Positions 44,797 to 56,096 of a DNA stretch of 64,000 nucleotides are shown one piece after another. The DNA lies in the NCBI GenBank assembly GCA_012295275.1, contig CM022670.1, positions 27,838,001 to 27,902,000 on the forward strand. The letters run 5' to 3'. The position numbers and the translations under genes are program-made. The notes beneath the pieces were generated by a model that searched no databases, was not told where the DNA came from, and worked only from the letters and a program-made list of their open reading frames with translations. The first letter of the stretch is position 1; every line of letters begins with the position of its first letter. Source of the DNA: Chrysomallon squamiferum. Its lineage: Eukaryota > Animalia > Mollusca.

Positions 44797-44913
44797 GTTA
44801 TTGTTATAAATATTGGTGTGTTGAGGCTAGAAGAGAAATAATTTTAAGTAGAAATAATAATAATAATTTAATAAAATATCTGAATATTCATCATTGTTTA
44901 TGTCTGTTTTTAG

Positions 44914-45014
44914 CACCAGGAAGTCCACCTCGAAATGTGCGTGCTAGAGCTGCTAGTTCAACAACAATCATTGTGTCATGGCAAGCACCAGATATTCCTA
45001 ATGGTGTCATTGAG
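44914..45014 (+). CDS. Lar: LAR-family RPTP exon: FN3-2 N-terminal half
   Basis: ttttag|CACCAGG...GAG|gtagaa; 101 nt, phase 1-0; APGSPPRNVRARAASSTTIIVSWQAPDIPNGVIE; not in the ORF track. Confidence 0.93.
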
Positions 45015-45547
45015 GTAGAAGTTTTAGCCATTCTGATATAATGAATAGAGTAAATTTGCTTAAATATTAATTGTTCATGTTTTTCAGAATAGTGTAGCAA
45101 ATTAAAGAACTTATAATCAGTAATGTAAATTTGCTTGTTTTGTTTGTTTTTCATGAATATAGCAAAATAAAGATTATTAAAAAAACATAATAAATACAGC
45201 AATAAAAAATACTCATCTTTTGCCATTTCTGTGTAAATTGTTTAAAAATTGTTAAAGTGTTTTTAACTGCAGATATTAGACAAGCTTATCTTTGATATAA
45301 CTTGATCCTGTTTTCTATTTTCTTTTTTATTTATTTTTTTAAAATGATCTTATTTTATTTTATTTTATTTTGTCCAAATCATTTTAAAAACCATTGATCA
45401 AAATATAACAGAAGGGAAAACAAATAATTTATTTTTAGCTACTGTGTTTTAAATTATGTAATTTAAAAATGTTTTATATGACATTATAAATAATGTAATA
45501 GATATTATAAGAATGATGTTAATCTTATTAATTACATATTTTGTTAG

Positions 45548-45746
45548 GGTTACAAGGTATTTTACACACTGAAACCTGAAAAACCAATCTTCTTCTGGGA
45601 CTCTCAGGATGTTAAAAATGACAACAAACTGACAACTATTAGTGGTTTGCAGCCCAATCAGACTTACACAATAAGTGCACTGGCTTATTCCAGCATAGGC
45701 CAGGGGCCCATGTCACACCCAATTCAAGTCCTAACCACCCAAGGAG
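45548..45746 (+). CDS. Lar: LAR-family RPTP exon: FN3-2 C-terminal half
   Basis: tgttag|GGTTAC...GGAG|gtaaga; 199 nt, phase 0-1; GYKVFYT...TTISGLQPNQTYTISALAYSSIGQGPMSHPIQVLTTQG. Confidence 0.94.
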
Positions 45747-45789
45747 GTAAGATAAACTAATTTATTTTTTGATATGTATGTACAGGCTG

Positions 45790-46120
45790 TGCATGGACAT
45801 GCTTTCTTTTTAATTTTCAGGTTACAGGTCAATTTGAAGTGAATACTGAACGCATCTGATCTGATGAAAATTCAAGCAGTTATTGATTTCTGTTTAAATT
45901 TGATACGTTGTTGTTTTTACCTGATTATCCATGCATGGGTTACAGTGCTGTTGCATGCTGGTATACACGAAATTTGTTACTGAATTACATTATTTAAAAA
46001 AAAAAAAAAACATGAAATGAAAGGTGAGAAAATGCATGAATTGTTTGTTTTTTTTGTTTTTTTTTTGTCTTGTGTGTTTCATGAGTTTTACATTCGGTCA
46101 CCAAGGATACTGCATGCATG
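45790..46120 (+). promoter_or_regulatory. Cluster of RBFOX-type TGCATG motifs
   Basis: TGCATG at 45790, 45932, 45952, 46033, 46111 and 46115. Confidence 0.6.
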
Positions 46121-46404
46121 ATGACAAGTGTTAATGAGACAAACATCAGGAAATAGTGGTTGAAAATTTCTTTAAGAAAAAAAAAAATAGTTTATAAGAT
46201 AGTTTATACAGCAGCGGTGGTAATACATGTTTTTAATTTTAAATTTTTGTAACGAGATGTGTAATTCAAAGCAATTTTAAATTATTTCTTCTCACTATAC
46301 AGCCCTTTATAATAAAAAGAAAAAAAAGAAGAAAAACCAATAAAAACGTAAAAAAATATCTCTCTATATTTGGTGAATTTATAATTTAAATAGTTCTTAA
46401 TTAT

Positions 46405-46441
46405 TTTATTTATTTATTTATTTATTTATTATTTTGTTTGT

Positions 46442-46504
<63 letters not shown>
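46405..46504. repeat. (TTTA)n microsatellite
   Basis: Interrupted TTTA run. Confidence 0.9.
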
Positions 46505-47904
46505 TGCCACTATTCTGTTACCAGAAGAAAACAGCAATTTTTAAATACAAAATAAAAAATGGTTTTAAAATTATCAGCATTGTTTCATGTTATCAGCAAG
46601 TTATGTTAAGCTGTAATAGTAAAATCCATTTAACATTTTGTAACTTTCAAAGGTTGACCTGATAAAACTAAATCTGTTTATCATATATTATGTGCATTCA
46701 GTTAATTTATTTATAAAAATAAATAGTATTAATTACTTCTAATACTTATTCATCTGAATAATAAATAGTAATACTCGCACAAATGTATAGACAAAAAGAA
46801 TAAATAAATAAATAAATGAAATTAAAAATTAAAAATAAACCAAAAAAAAGAAGAAAGAAATAAAAATAACAAGAAAAGCAAAACAAAATAAAAGAAAAGA
46901 TAAAAATTACATAATAAAATAAAAATGTTAAAAATGTTTCCACTGTTGCTGTAACACTTAACTGTTAATAATAAATAATTTTTTTTTTTTAAATTTTAAT
47001 AAAGAACATTTTGAAGACCTTTAATCCCTTTAATCGACAAGTAAATCTTCTTGCATCTAAAATTATTTTTATTCTTTATTTTTTGTTTTTTCACATTAAT
47101 TTTCTTTTCTTTTCTTTATTATTATTATAATTTTTATTTTTTTCAAATATTTTTAATATACATTCAGTATCTCCCAAAAATAATTTCCCAACTGTAAAAC
47201 ACATGACTTGATTTTCATAACATTTTTACTGTTTTTTTTTTTGTTGTTTTTTTTTAATTTTATTTTGAATTTTAAATTTTAATTTTTAATATTTTGAATT
47301 TTTGTTCAAATAAAAAGAAACATTATTTTGTGGACATTCCCTTCCTTTCCGTCAATATTCTTATATAATTTTATTTTATTATAATAATAATAATAATAAT
47401 TAATTATTATTATTATTATTACTTTTATCATTATTATTAATATTATCTTAGTTTAATTCATTTATTTAAAAATTTTGTTTTTTTAAATATTTAATTAATT
47501 ATGAAATATTATGAATATTTTAAAGTTATAAAAGTAAATTGTACATTACTGATAAAATTATATATTTATTAAATTAAATATTTTCTTTTTAAATGTTTGT
47601 TGTCCAGAAAGGTAGACTGTTTTATCTTGTCTTTTTTGGTTTAAAAATACTTTTTTTTTTTTTTTAAATAATTTAAAAAAAAAGAGAAAATTTCTGTGTA
47701 TTTTGAGTTATTTTTAATTATTATAAACTTATGTGCTTATTTTATTTTTGTTTATTTACCTTTGTTTAAATTGTTTAAACTAACATTAGCACAAAGTTCA
47801 GTTAATTGTTCTCATAAAAATGTAAATTCACCATGCCATAAAGGTGACATGTCACCTTGGCACTGTGTTGGAATTGTTTGGTTCATTATTTCATGTCATT
47901 GCAG

Positions 47905-47925
47905 CAAATGCCCCAGTGTTCGATG
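47905..47925 (+). CDS. Candidate 21-nt in-frame micro-exon (ANAPVFD) in the FN3-2/FN3-3 linker
   Basis: tttcatgtcattgcag|CAAATGCCCCAGTGTTCGATG|gtaagt; perfect donor, phase 1-1, no stop, GC-rich against an AT-rich intron. Confidence 0.65.
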
Positions 47926-49047
47926 GTAAGTCGCAAGGAGGCGAGGTATTGCAAACATTTGTGTAGCTAAATTAATGTTACTTTGAAAACTTCTCTCCAG
48001 TTTTTGAACTATTAAAAATCTCATCCATACTTGGATTGCATGACTGTTGTAATATTTCAGAGTATTTTTTATAATGTCATTTTTTTTTAAATTCTTCATC
48101 AGTGTTTTTAGGAGCTCCTGTTCGAAGCATTCAGTGACATCATGGCTCATGAGAGTTTTCTCCCTTGAGACCAGGCTTACAGTTGTCTCCCTTCTTTTTC
48201 TTAACACTTGTTTCCTGGTTGTTTGTCAGTCTGCGCTGTTTTTTGACGCTGAGCGAGCCATTGAGCATGCTCTGTTGCTAGCTATTATTGGCTGTCTTTT
48301 TACTACACATTTTTGCTAAATGTTAGCGCGATTTCTTAATGTGTGTTGAGCATTTTAGAAAGCAGACATTTTTGTCCTCAGTGAGTAGAGCTTCTACTTG
48401 CAGTTTTTGACTAGGACGTGTTTTGGTGGAACACCCTGATCACCATTTTTTACTCTTTTATATTTACACAATTTTATTGCACTTTTTTTCTTATTACTTC
48501 TTATTTAACAATGTATGTATTTTAAAAACAATTAATAAAAGATAGAAAAAAAAAAAATGAAAGAAGTGTTAAAAGATGGACATTTTATATTTGTCATTAG
48601 CAAATAAATTAGAATATTGTGAACCAAATTTAATAGTAATGTTTTAACTATGATAGTGTATGTGATATGTATAAATTTAATGTAATATATTCTAGTTTTT
48701 CCCTATTAATGTATTTATGCTGGTATGTGTAACATTAATGCACAAATGGTAATAGTATAAGTAACTATATTGCTACATGCAAACACAATTTCTAATATGC
48801 ATGACAATAATAAAAAAAAGCACTAATTAACTGTTAAGCATTATTCTTCTTATTATGATATATATATATATATATATATTATTATTATATGCCAACTAAT
48901 GCCAACTAAGCGCTTGCAAGCGCGCTGTTCAATCCATATTTTTGTACTATGTGTTTTAACCAATGTAAATACATGTCTTTGTTGATGTTTTATATGTGCC
49001 CTTACTAATTTCATCTTAATTGTTTCTTTTCTTTCATCCATCTACAG

Positions 49048-49059
49048 CGGGGCCCCCAG
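49048..49059 (+). CDS. Candidate 12-nt in-frame micro-exon (AGPP) in the FN3-2/FN3-3 linker
   Basis: branch-like tactaat, long pyrimidine tract, ctacag|CGGGGCCCCCAG|gtgagg; phase 1-1, no stop. Confidence 0.7.
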
Positions 49060-51445
49060 GTGAGGGTGCTAGTAATTCATTTATATGTTTTTGATCTCTT
49101 TCATGTTTGATGATTCAACACTGTCCTGTCATATGTTTCATCATCATGCGCTGTGTTAACTCCGTATCATCTAGTGCTCTGCTGATACGGAGGTAGCAGT
49201 AATAAAGTTTATTCCACACTTAACTGTTTATAAAAAATGTATTTCATTGAAAAATATTCTTCATTTGTAATATTAAAAAATAACTGTTTCTAACGTTCTA
49301 AATGCTGGTGATTTTTGAGGGTTTTTTTTTCTTCAAAATTTGGTTTCATATTTTGCAGGATTAATGAAATATTATCTTGGTATTAATTATCTGGTAAAAA
49401 AATATTTTCATATTGCTATTATTATTATTATTATTATTATTGTAGTAATATTTTAATGTATTTTTTATAGTTTTATTTTTTTATTATTGTAATTGTTATA
49501 AATATTATTTATCATTATTATCATATTTACTATTATTATAATTATTATTATTTTATTTTTATTTATTTAATTGTAATCCAGTTCACCATCAAATGAAAGC
49601 ATTTAGAATTAGAAATATCAGATTTAGTGAAAATAAAATAAAAATTAAAAGCAGGTTTGATGGAATAAACTTGATAACAAATGCCTGACACCTTCTGTTG
49701 ACAGCAGGCAGAAGGAGTTTGTGCAAGCGTGATGCGTGGAAAAATTCCACTTTCATTTGTGCGCATTTATTTTTGCCTATGATTGCGAAAATCACTGATT
49801 TTGCATTGAATGTTTTTGGAATGTAAATTTCATTTTATTTTTTAAATTTTATTTTGCTAACTCTTTTAAAACTAATTTTTTTTTTTCTTTTTCACAATTT
49901 TTCTATCACATTTTCATATTTCAGTGAGAAATCTTTTCAATTTTTTTTTCATCTTTTAAATATTTTATTTTTGGTCAAAACATACGCATGTGAAAAAAGA
50001 AAAGAAAAATAAAAGCTTAAGAATATATTATTGGACAAAACTATCTAAATGTTGTTTTTAAACATTTTAAACGTTCTAAAATCATTTAGAATGGTTAGTC
50101 TTCATACTGTCTGGCCACACTAAATGATTGTAAAAGGTTTAATGTTTGACTTCTTTTATTTTTGTTGTGTTGTGAAACATTTCAGTGAGGTCATGGGTAG
50201 ATGTCGTATTTTATTTATTTATTTATTTATTTATTTTTTAAAATATTGTTTGTATAAACATAAGTGTTCAGTAATATTCCAGACAGGAGAAAAAAGAAAA
50301 AATAATTAGAGTAAAAAGAAAAACAATTGGTTTTCTTTTACTTTTGAAATAATGCATGCTATTTTAAATAAAAATTTATTTGAACTTTAGTCACATCATG
50401 CATCATTAATACTGTAGGGATTTTTAATTTTAATATTTATTTATAGCTTTTAGTAATAGGGAAGAATTGTTTATTTTAATTTTGAAATGGTAGAAGTAGA
50501 TACATTTAATTTTACAATAATAAACGTTTTAAAAATAGGAAAATACATTTTTAGCAGATAAATATTTATGTACAGAAAATTTAGTAAAATGAAAAATGAC
50601 AAATTCAAAAGCACTAGTTATATGGAGATTGCTCCCAAAATCTAAATTGCTTTGAATGGCTGTTAAACATTTGATATTTCATCTTTTTCTACCTTTTTCA
50701 CTTAAATTTATAATAAATTTAACACATTTTGATTACATTTTTTTACTTATTCACATTTCGGTTTTTAAAAGACATTGTAGAATTGTTACTAATAAGTAAA
50801 AGGATAAGAAATAATGGCCACATTGATAATAAATTCTATACATAGCTTTTCATTTGTAGAATTGTTTAATTAAAATTTAAATAAATAGATGAGCTAATAT
50901 TATGATATTTTGGGGGGAAAAGCAATAATAGTTATAATAATTTAAAAAAAATAAGTTAATTTTAATCTGAATAACATACTACAAAATTTATATAATATTC
51001 AAAAAGAAAAAAAAATAAGTAAATAATAATTTAAAAAAAACAAACAGAAAAAACAACAAAAAACAAACAAACACAAAACCAAACTGTATCAGCATTTACA
51101 ATTTCTGAATTACTAATTGTTGTATCTGTATGGTGTCTCTCTTTTTTGTTTAATTTATACATTAAATATTAAAGTAATAAATCAATATTAAATATTGAAA
51201 ATTTATTGCTGTTATTTTTTTGATATAATTTTATAAAGAAATGTAATTGAATTTTTTTAATATTTTTGTAAATGGAAGACAATTAATGCAAGTCGCTGAA
51301 CTGCTCTGCATGCTAAATTGTACAAAGCTGGTTTTTTCTCAAAACTGTTTCTGCAGCGCTTTAATTTATGTACTTTTAAACATAACTTATAAAAAAACAT
51401 TTATTTCAAACAAATAATAATTCTGCTTTCACTTATATGTTACAG

Positions 51446-51730
51446 TTCCGTTCCAACCAATAAACCTTCATGCCGATCCAATTTCGCCTAATGAAATAGA
51501 AGTTTTCTGGGATGCTCCGCAAGAAGTTGACAGCATTACGAGTTACGAGTTATACTATAATGACTCTCATTTCCGACAGAATGTCCGAATCAGTATAAAC
51601 CCACCAGTTGAAAGATACAAACTGATGGATCTGACCCCAGACACTGTGTATCACATACAGGTGTCGGCCAAGTCACACCGAGGGGAAGGGCCTCGCACAC
51701 CCACAATCCAAGTGAAGACGCTTCCCTATG
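51446..51730 (+). CDS. Lar: LAR-family RPTP exon: FN3-3
   Basis: ttacag|TTCCG...TATG|gtatgt; 285 nt, phase 1-1; VPFQPINLHADPISPNEIEVFWDAP...LTPDTVYHIQVSAKSHRGEGPRT; not in the ORF track. Confidence 0.94.
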
Positions 51731-51904
51731 GTATGTATCGTGTTGTTTTAAACGTGATGTCCCATAGTGATGTGCAAATTGTGTTATTGTAAATGTAAAC
51801 AGTGTTACTTGATTGTTAGCTATTGTGAAGTTATATCTATAGTTAAAAGTGTACGTGTGAAATATGTGTTGAAATTGTCTACATGATGAGTTCTAAGGAA
51901 GCAG

Positions 51905-51929
51905 GTTTTCTTGTTTTTGTCAGGTAAGT
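51905..51929 (+). promoter_or_regulatory. Candidate recursive splice site (zero-length exon)
   Basis: gttttcttgtttttgtcag|gtaagt: pyrimidine tract plus CAG directly abutting a consensus donor. Confidence 0.45.
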
Positions 51930-53163
51930 AGTAGTAGAATAAAAATAAAACCTGGACCCATACCCCATAGTGTCATGGGGTGGTGGTGGGGGTTAGCTTA
52001 ACAATACCGTTTATGCACCTTGCTGTTCATTTTGTTAATACAGTCATTAATGCAATTTATTTCTTAGTTCCCATGCACTTGTTTGTTAGAATTTTCTATG
52101 TATATCTGTCTCCCAAAGGCACATTTACCTATGTTCATATCTGTTCCCTGTCACTTGTCTGTAATGTGTAGAAGTGAGGATACTATGCTAGAAGCCAGCA
52201 ATCTTTTTATTTAATATTTCTGCCATAAATAAATAAATAAGGTCAGAAACCATCTATTAATATAGATAATACTCATTTTGAATTAATTCTTTATATATGG
52301 ATGGTTATAATTGGTCATTTTCTTGAATTCTCAAAAACAAAACAAAAACATTAAAAAATAAATAGGCTGTTTTCTGCAAGATATTTTGAATCAAGTGATG
52401 GGAACTCAACATATTTATTTTGTCCCTTTAAGTGATATAATTTTTAATTCACTAATATAATTTGATTTGATTTGAATTTCTGTTTTAATGTAATTATTTT
52501 ATTATTATTTAAATTGTTTTCAAATATATTCTTGTTAATTATAAATGTTTTTGGTTTAATTTTTCAATACATTGTATCGTTGTTTAGAAACTATATTACC
52601 TATCCTTGTGTTTCTATGATTTATCACATACATGTTGTTTGTGTGTATTAATCAGAATTTTAAAAAATACAAAATTAAATTTCTATCTAATTGAATTCTG
52701 AAGTACATTTTAAGCCCTTTCTAACTTAAATATAAATTAATATCATAAATTTTGTGTGTTTATTTTTGTTTATTTATTTATTTATTTATTTAATTATTTC
52801 AATGGAATAATTATGATAGACAATATGAACACATTTAACATTTAACTATACTGATTTGTACACACAAGAAAAATTTATATTTGTTGTGTCAGTATTATTA
52901 TTTAATTTGATTTGTTTTATTTTTCAAGCCTTACGTTATTTTTTATAAATTATTATACTGATAATTTTCCCCCGTTTTTATGATTTTTATTTTAATTTTT
53001 CCTTTCAGTTATCAAAGTAAACTGCACTTAAAATTTTCAGTAAATCATTTCTTTTTGTTGAAGCACAGTGTTTTAGTTCACATGTTGATATATTCATGAG
53101 TACAAAAAGTTGGATACCAAAGAACTGAGATGTTGAACTCTTGAGATTCTATAAAAAGATGTA

Positions 53164-53215
<52 letters not shown>
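53164..53215. repeat. (AAT)n microsatellite
   Basis: AAT run. Confidence 0.93.
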
Positions 53216-53920
53216 TTAAAATGAAAAGAAAAACAAAATAAATGTTCAAAAATTACACTTTAAACTATCTTTTGTAATCTCATAAATACATCTGTTAGTA
53301 AAAGCTGAAAGTATTTCCAGGGTTAAAAATAGAAAATTAGATTTTAGATTAAATCATCAAATTTGTTTTTCTACATGGTATAAAACAAAAGAATTGCTTG
53401 AAGACATCTCAAAATATTAAATGGGACAATTGTTTCTTTGTTGTTGTTGGGTTTTTTTTATAAAAAAAGATAAATAATAATAAAAATAATAATAATAATA
53501 ATAAATTAAAATCATTATTTTGAAAGGATAGAAGTGAAGTTACTATAATAGAGTGAAAACATCACAGTTCTTTCAGTTCTGAATGTTTGTATTCATGTAA
53601 CAGAATTGTTGTTTGTTATTTTAGTTAGTAGATCTTGACAACTTGCAATGCAACATGACAAAACAAACTGCATGGCCCTGTAGTATCAGATCTCACAAAC
53701 TTTGCCTTACAAAATGGCTGCCATGACTTAAGCTGCGCAGAACAATAACACTTGACATCGTTTCTTAACAACTTTCAGTTTAATTTTAATTTCATTCTTA
53801 TTATTTCTTTTTGCATGATCACTCATTGAAAAAACACTGCATGCAGTTTTTGTTCAGTTTCATTTTTGTTCTATTTGTTTAATTTTATTTGTCTTTTCAC
53901 CCAATTCTCACTCCCTTTAG

Positions 53921-54232
53921 TCCCTGAAGCCCCGCCCCAGGCTGTAAGTGGCAGATTTGTGGATGCTCATCGACTGAAGGTCTCGTGGAAGCCACCACGA
54001 CGTGACAAACAAAACGGTGCCATTCTGGGCTATAAAATTTATTATGTGGAAAGTGATAGAAGTGACAATTCTTTTACCGATGCCAAAGTAGAAACAGTGA
54101 AAGGTGATGTCCGCTTCCATGAGATAAAGAATCTTCACACCTGGACCAAATATAAGATCTGGGTTCTGGCTTTCACGAGGGTTGGCAATGGCCCTCCCTC
54201 GGAGCCCATCATAATACAGACTGATGAGGATG
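53921..54232 (+). CDS. Lar: LAR-family RPTP exon: FN3-4
   Basis: ctttag|TCCCT...GATG|gtaggt; 312 nt, phase 1-1; VPEAPPQ...WTKYKIWVLAFTRVGNGPPSEPIIIQTDED. Confidence 0.95.
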
Positions 54233-56096
54233 GTAGGTAGTCCCAGCGTGTTCACAGACCTTTTGAGCTCTTTAATACTTTGCTGATTAACAACTTCAAC
54301 TCTGGTGGAAGTTTGGTTGACACATTAATCCGACTAGGTGTTGGTTTACCAGTATTTTCGGGTGCTTACTGACCATGTGGAATTTGTTCTAAAAATGTCA
54401 ATAATATTTCATTTTCCTTCTCTCATTCACTCAAAATCTTTATTTTATATTAATCATCATCTTTATTTTTCCTTATTTTTTATTTGTTTAACACCTAGTT
54501 GGTTTTAATTTGTTACTTTTGTTTCCAAATCACTAACACATTTTTAAATATTTGTTTATTGTTTTAATTATTATTTTATTATTTATTTATTTACTCATTA
54601 ATTATTATCTTTTTATTAAAGCATGTTTGGTTTAGAATTTGGATGTCTGAACTGATTTTAATTTTTTCTTTATTATTATTATTTAAAATACATTTGCTAG
54701 ATTATCTATTAAATAGAAAAAATATTCTTAATTCTTCATTTTATAATGCAATTATTTTAATTTATTTTTAATTTTTAAAAAAATGTTTATATCAAGAATA
54801 TTTTTGTTCATTCTACTAAACAAAAATGAGATCAATTTATCAAAATCTTTCAAATGAAAGAAACTATTACCCAGTTAAGGTTGTTTTACAAAAATTCATA
54901 AATAAAACAAGATAAAAAAAATTATCTTTACAAAATCTTCAAAAACCCCAATAATAATAATAAAATATATACATTGTTTTAAAACAATTTAAAAAAATTA
55001 TTAAAAAAAAAAAAAAAAAAATCAGTAAAACAAAATAATAAAAAGTGGAGAAAATGTAAGAAGTTAGATCATATTACTTAATTGATTTAATCATCAAAGG
55101 ATCATGATATATGCTGATATATAAACAAAATGCAGTTCAGACATCCATTTCAAATGTGTCCCTACCCCTGCTCATTATTAATACAATGGTTATTAAACTC
55201 CCACCTCAGAATTCATTTTTAAAATCATCATGATCTTATTAACAAATGTATGTACTGGAGATGAGTAATAAAGTGAAGACATTGAAAACCTGCATTAATT
55301 ACTAACATCTGTTAACTGGTAAGTATCTTTGTCTTCATGTTTCTTGCATGCTGTTGTTTAAATTAAAAAATACTAATAATAATTATAATTAAAATTTCTG
55401 TCTTGTTATCTGTTCTGCATGACTATTTAGAAATTGGAATTTTGTTCTTTCTTGCTTTGGTTGTGTTTTTCTATATAATTAATATTTTTCTTTAATATTT
55501 AAAATTTTTCATTATGGATCTGGTTGTTACACTTTACATATTTTTAGTTCAGTTTTTATGTTATTTCTTGGAAATAAGCTTAATGAATATTTGAATAAAT
55601 TAGCTTTAATGATCTTTCTGAAATGATTTACAAACTGAGAATGCAAATTAACCAAGCAGCATTTGCTGAGAATAATTTCTGTTATGTTGAGACAATCTAT
55701 TTTAGATGTTGATCTTTTTAAAGCATGTTTATTTCTTAAATGAAATTTTTTTAATTATGTTTTTTTTTTTTAACTTGTAATTTCAATAAAGACAATCGGA
55801 ATGATGCATTTCTAGTCTTCGTAGAAATTAGCATGTGACTATCTCGATTTAGTTGATTTTTTTCCTAATTTCAAAGCAGATTTTATGCATGACAACAAGA
55901 AGCAAACAATCTGGAAGTTATTATTACTGTGATTTCTGCATAAACTGCTAATGTATTGCCTCAGTTTTAAATACTGTCAAATTATTTTCTTAATATTCAC
56001 ACACACATAAAAAAAAAAAAAAAAAAATGTCTTAGCCTTGATTGTTTGTTTCGTAAAGAAAATTAGGAGGTATTTAATTTTTTCATAAATCTTTAG

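Larger units (their letters stand above)
19165..44913 (+). other. 25.7-kb intron between FN3-1 and FN3-2
   Basis: gt...ag boundaries with matching phase 1; no coding homology recognised inside. Confidence 0.85.

Noticed and set aside
53917-54255. Antisense or alternative-frame ORFs over exons (also 44891, 56093, 60251 and 62812)
   Set aside because: Shadows of the true coding exons
55140-55325. CTG|gtaagt donor with upstream ACTAAC between FN3-4 and FN3-5
   Set aside because: The phase-1 frame has a TAA just upstream and there is no good acceptor
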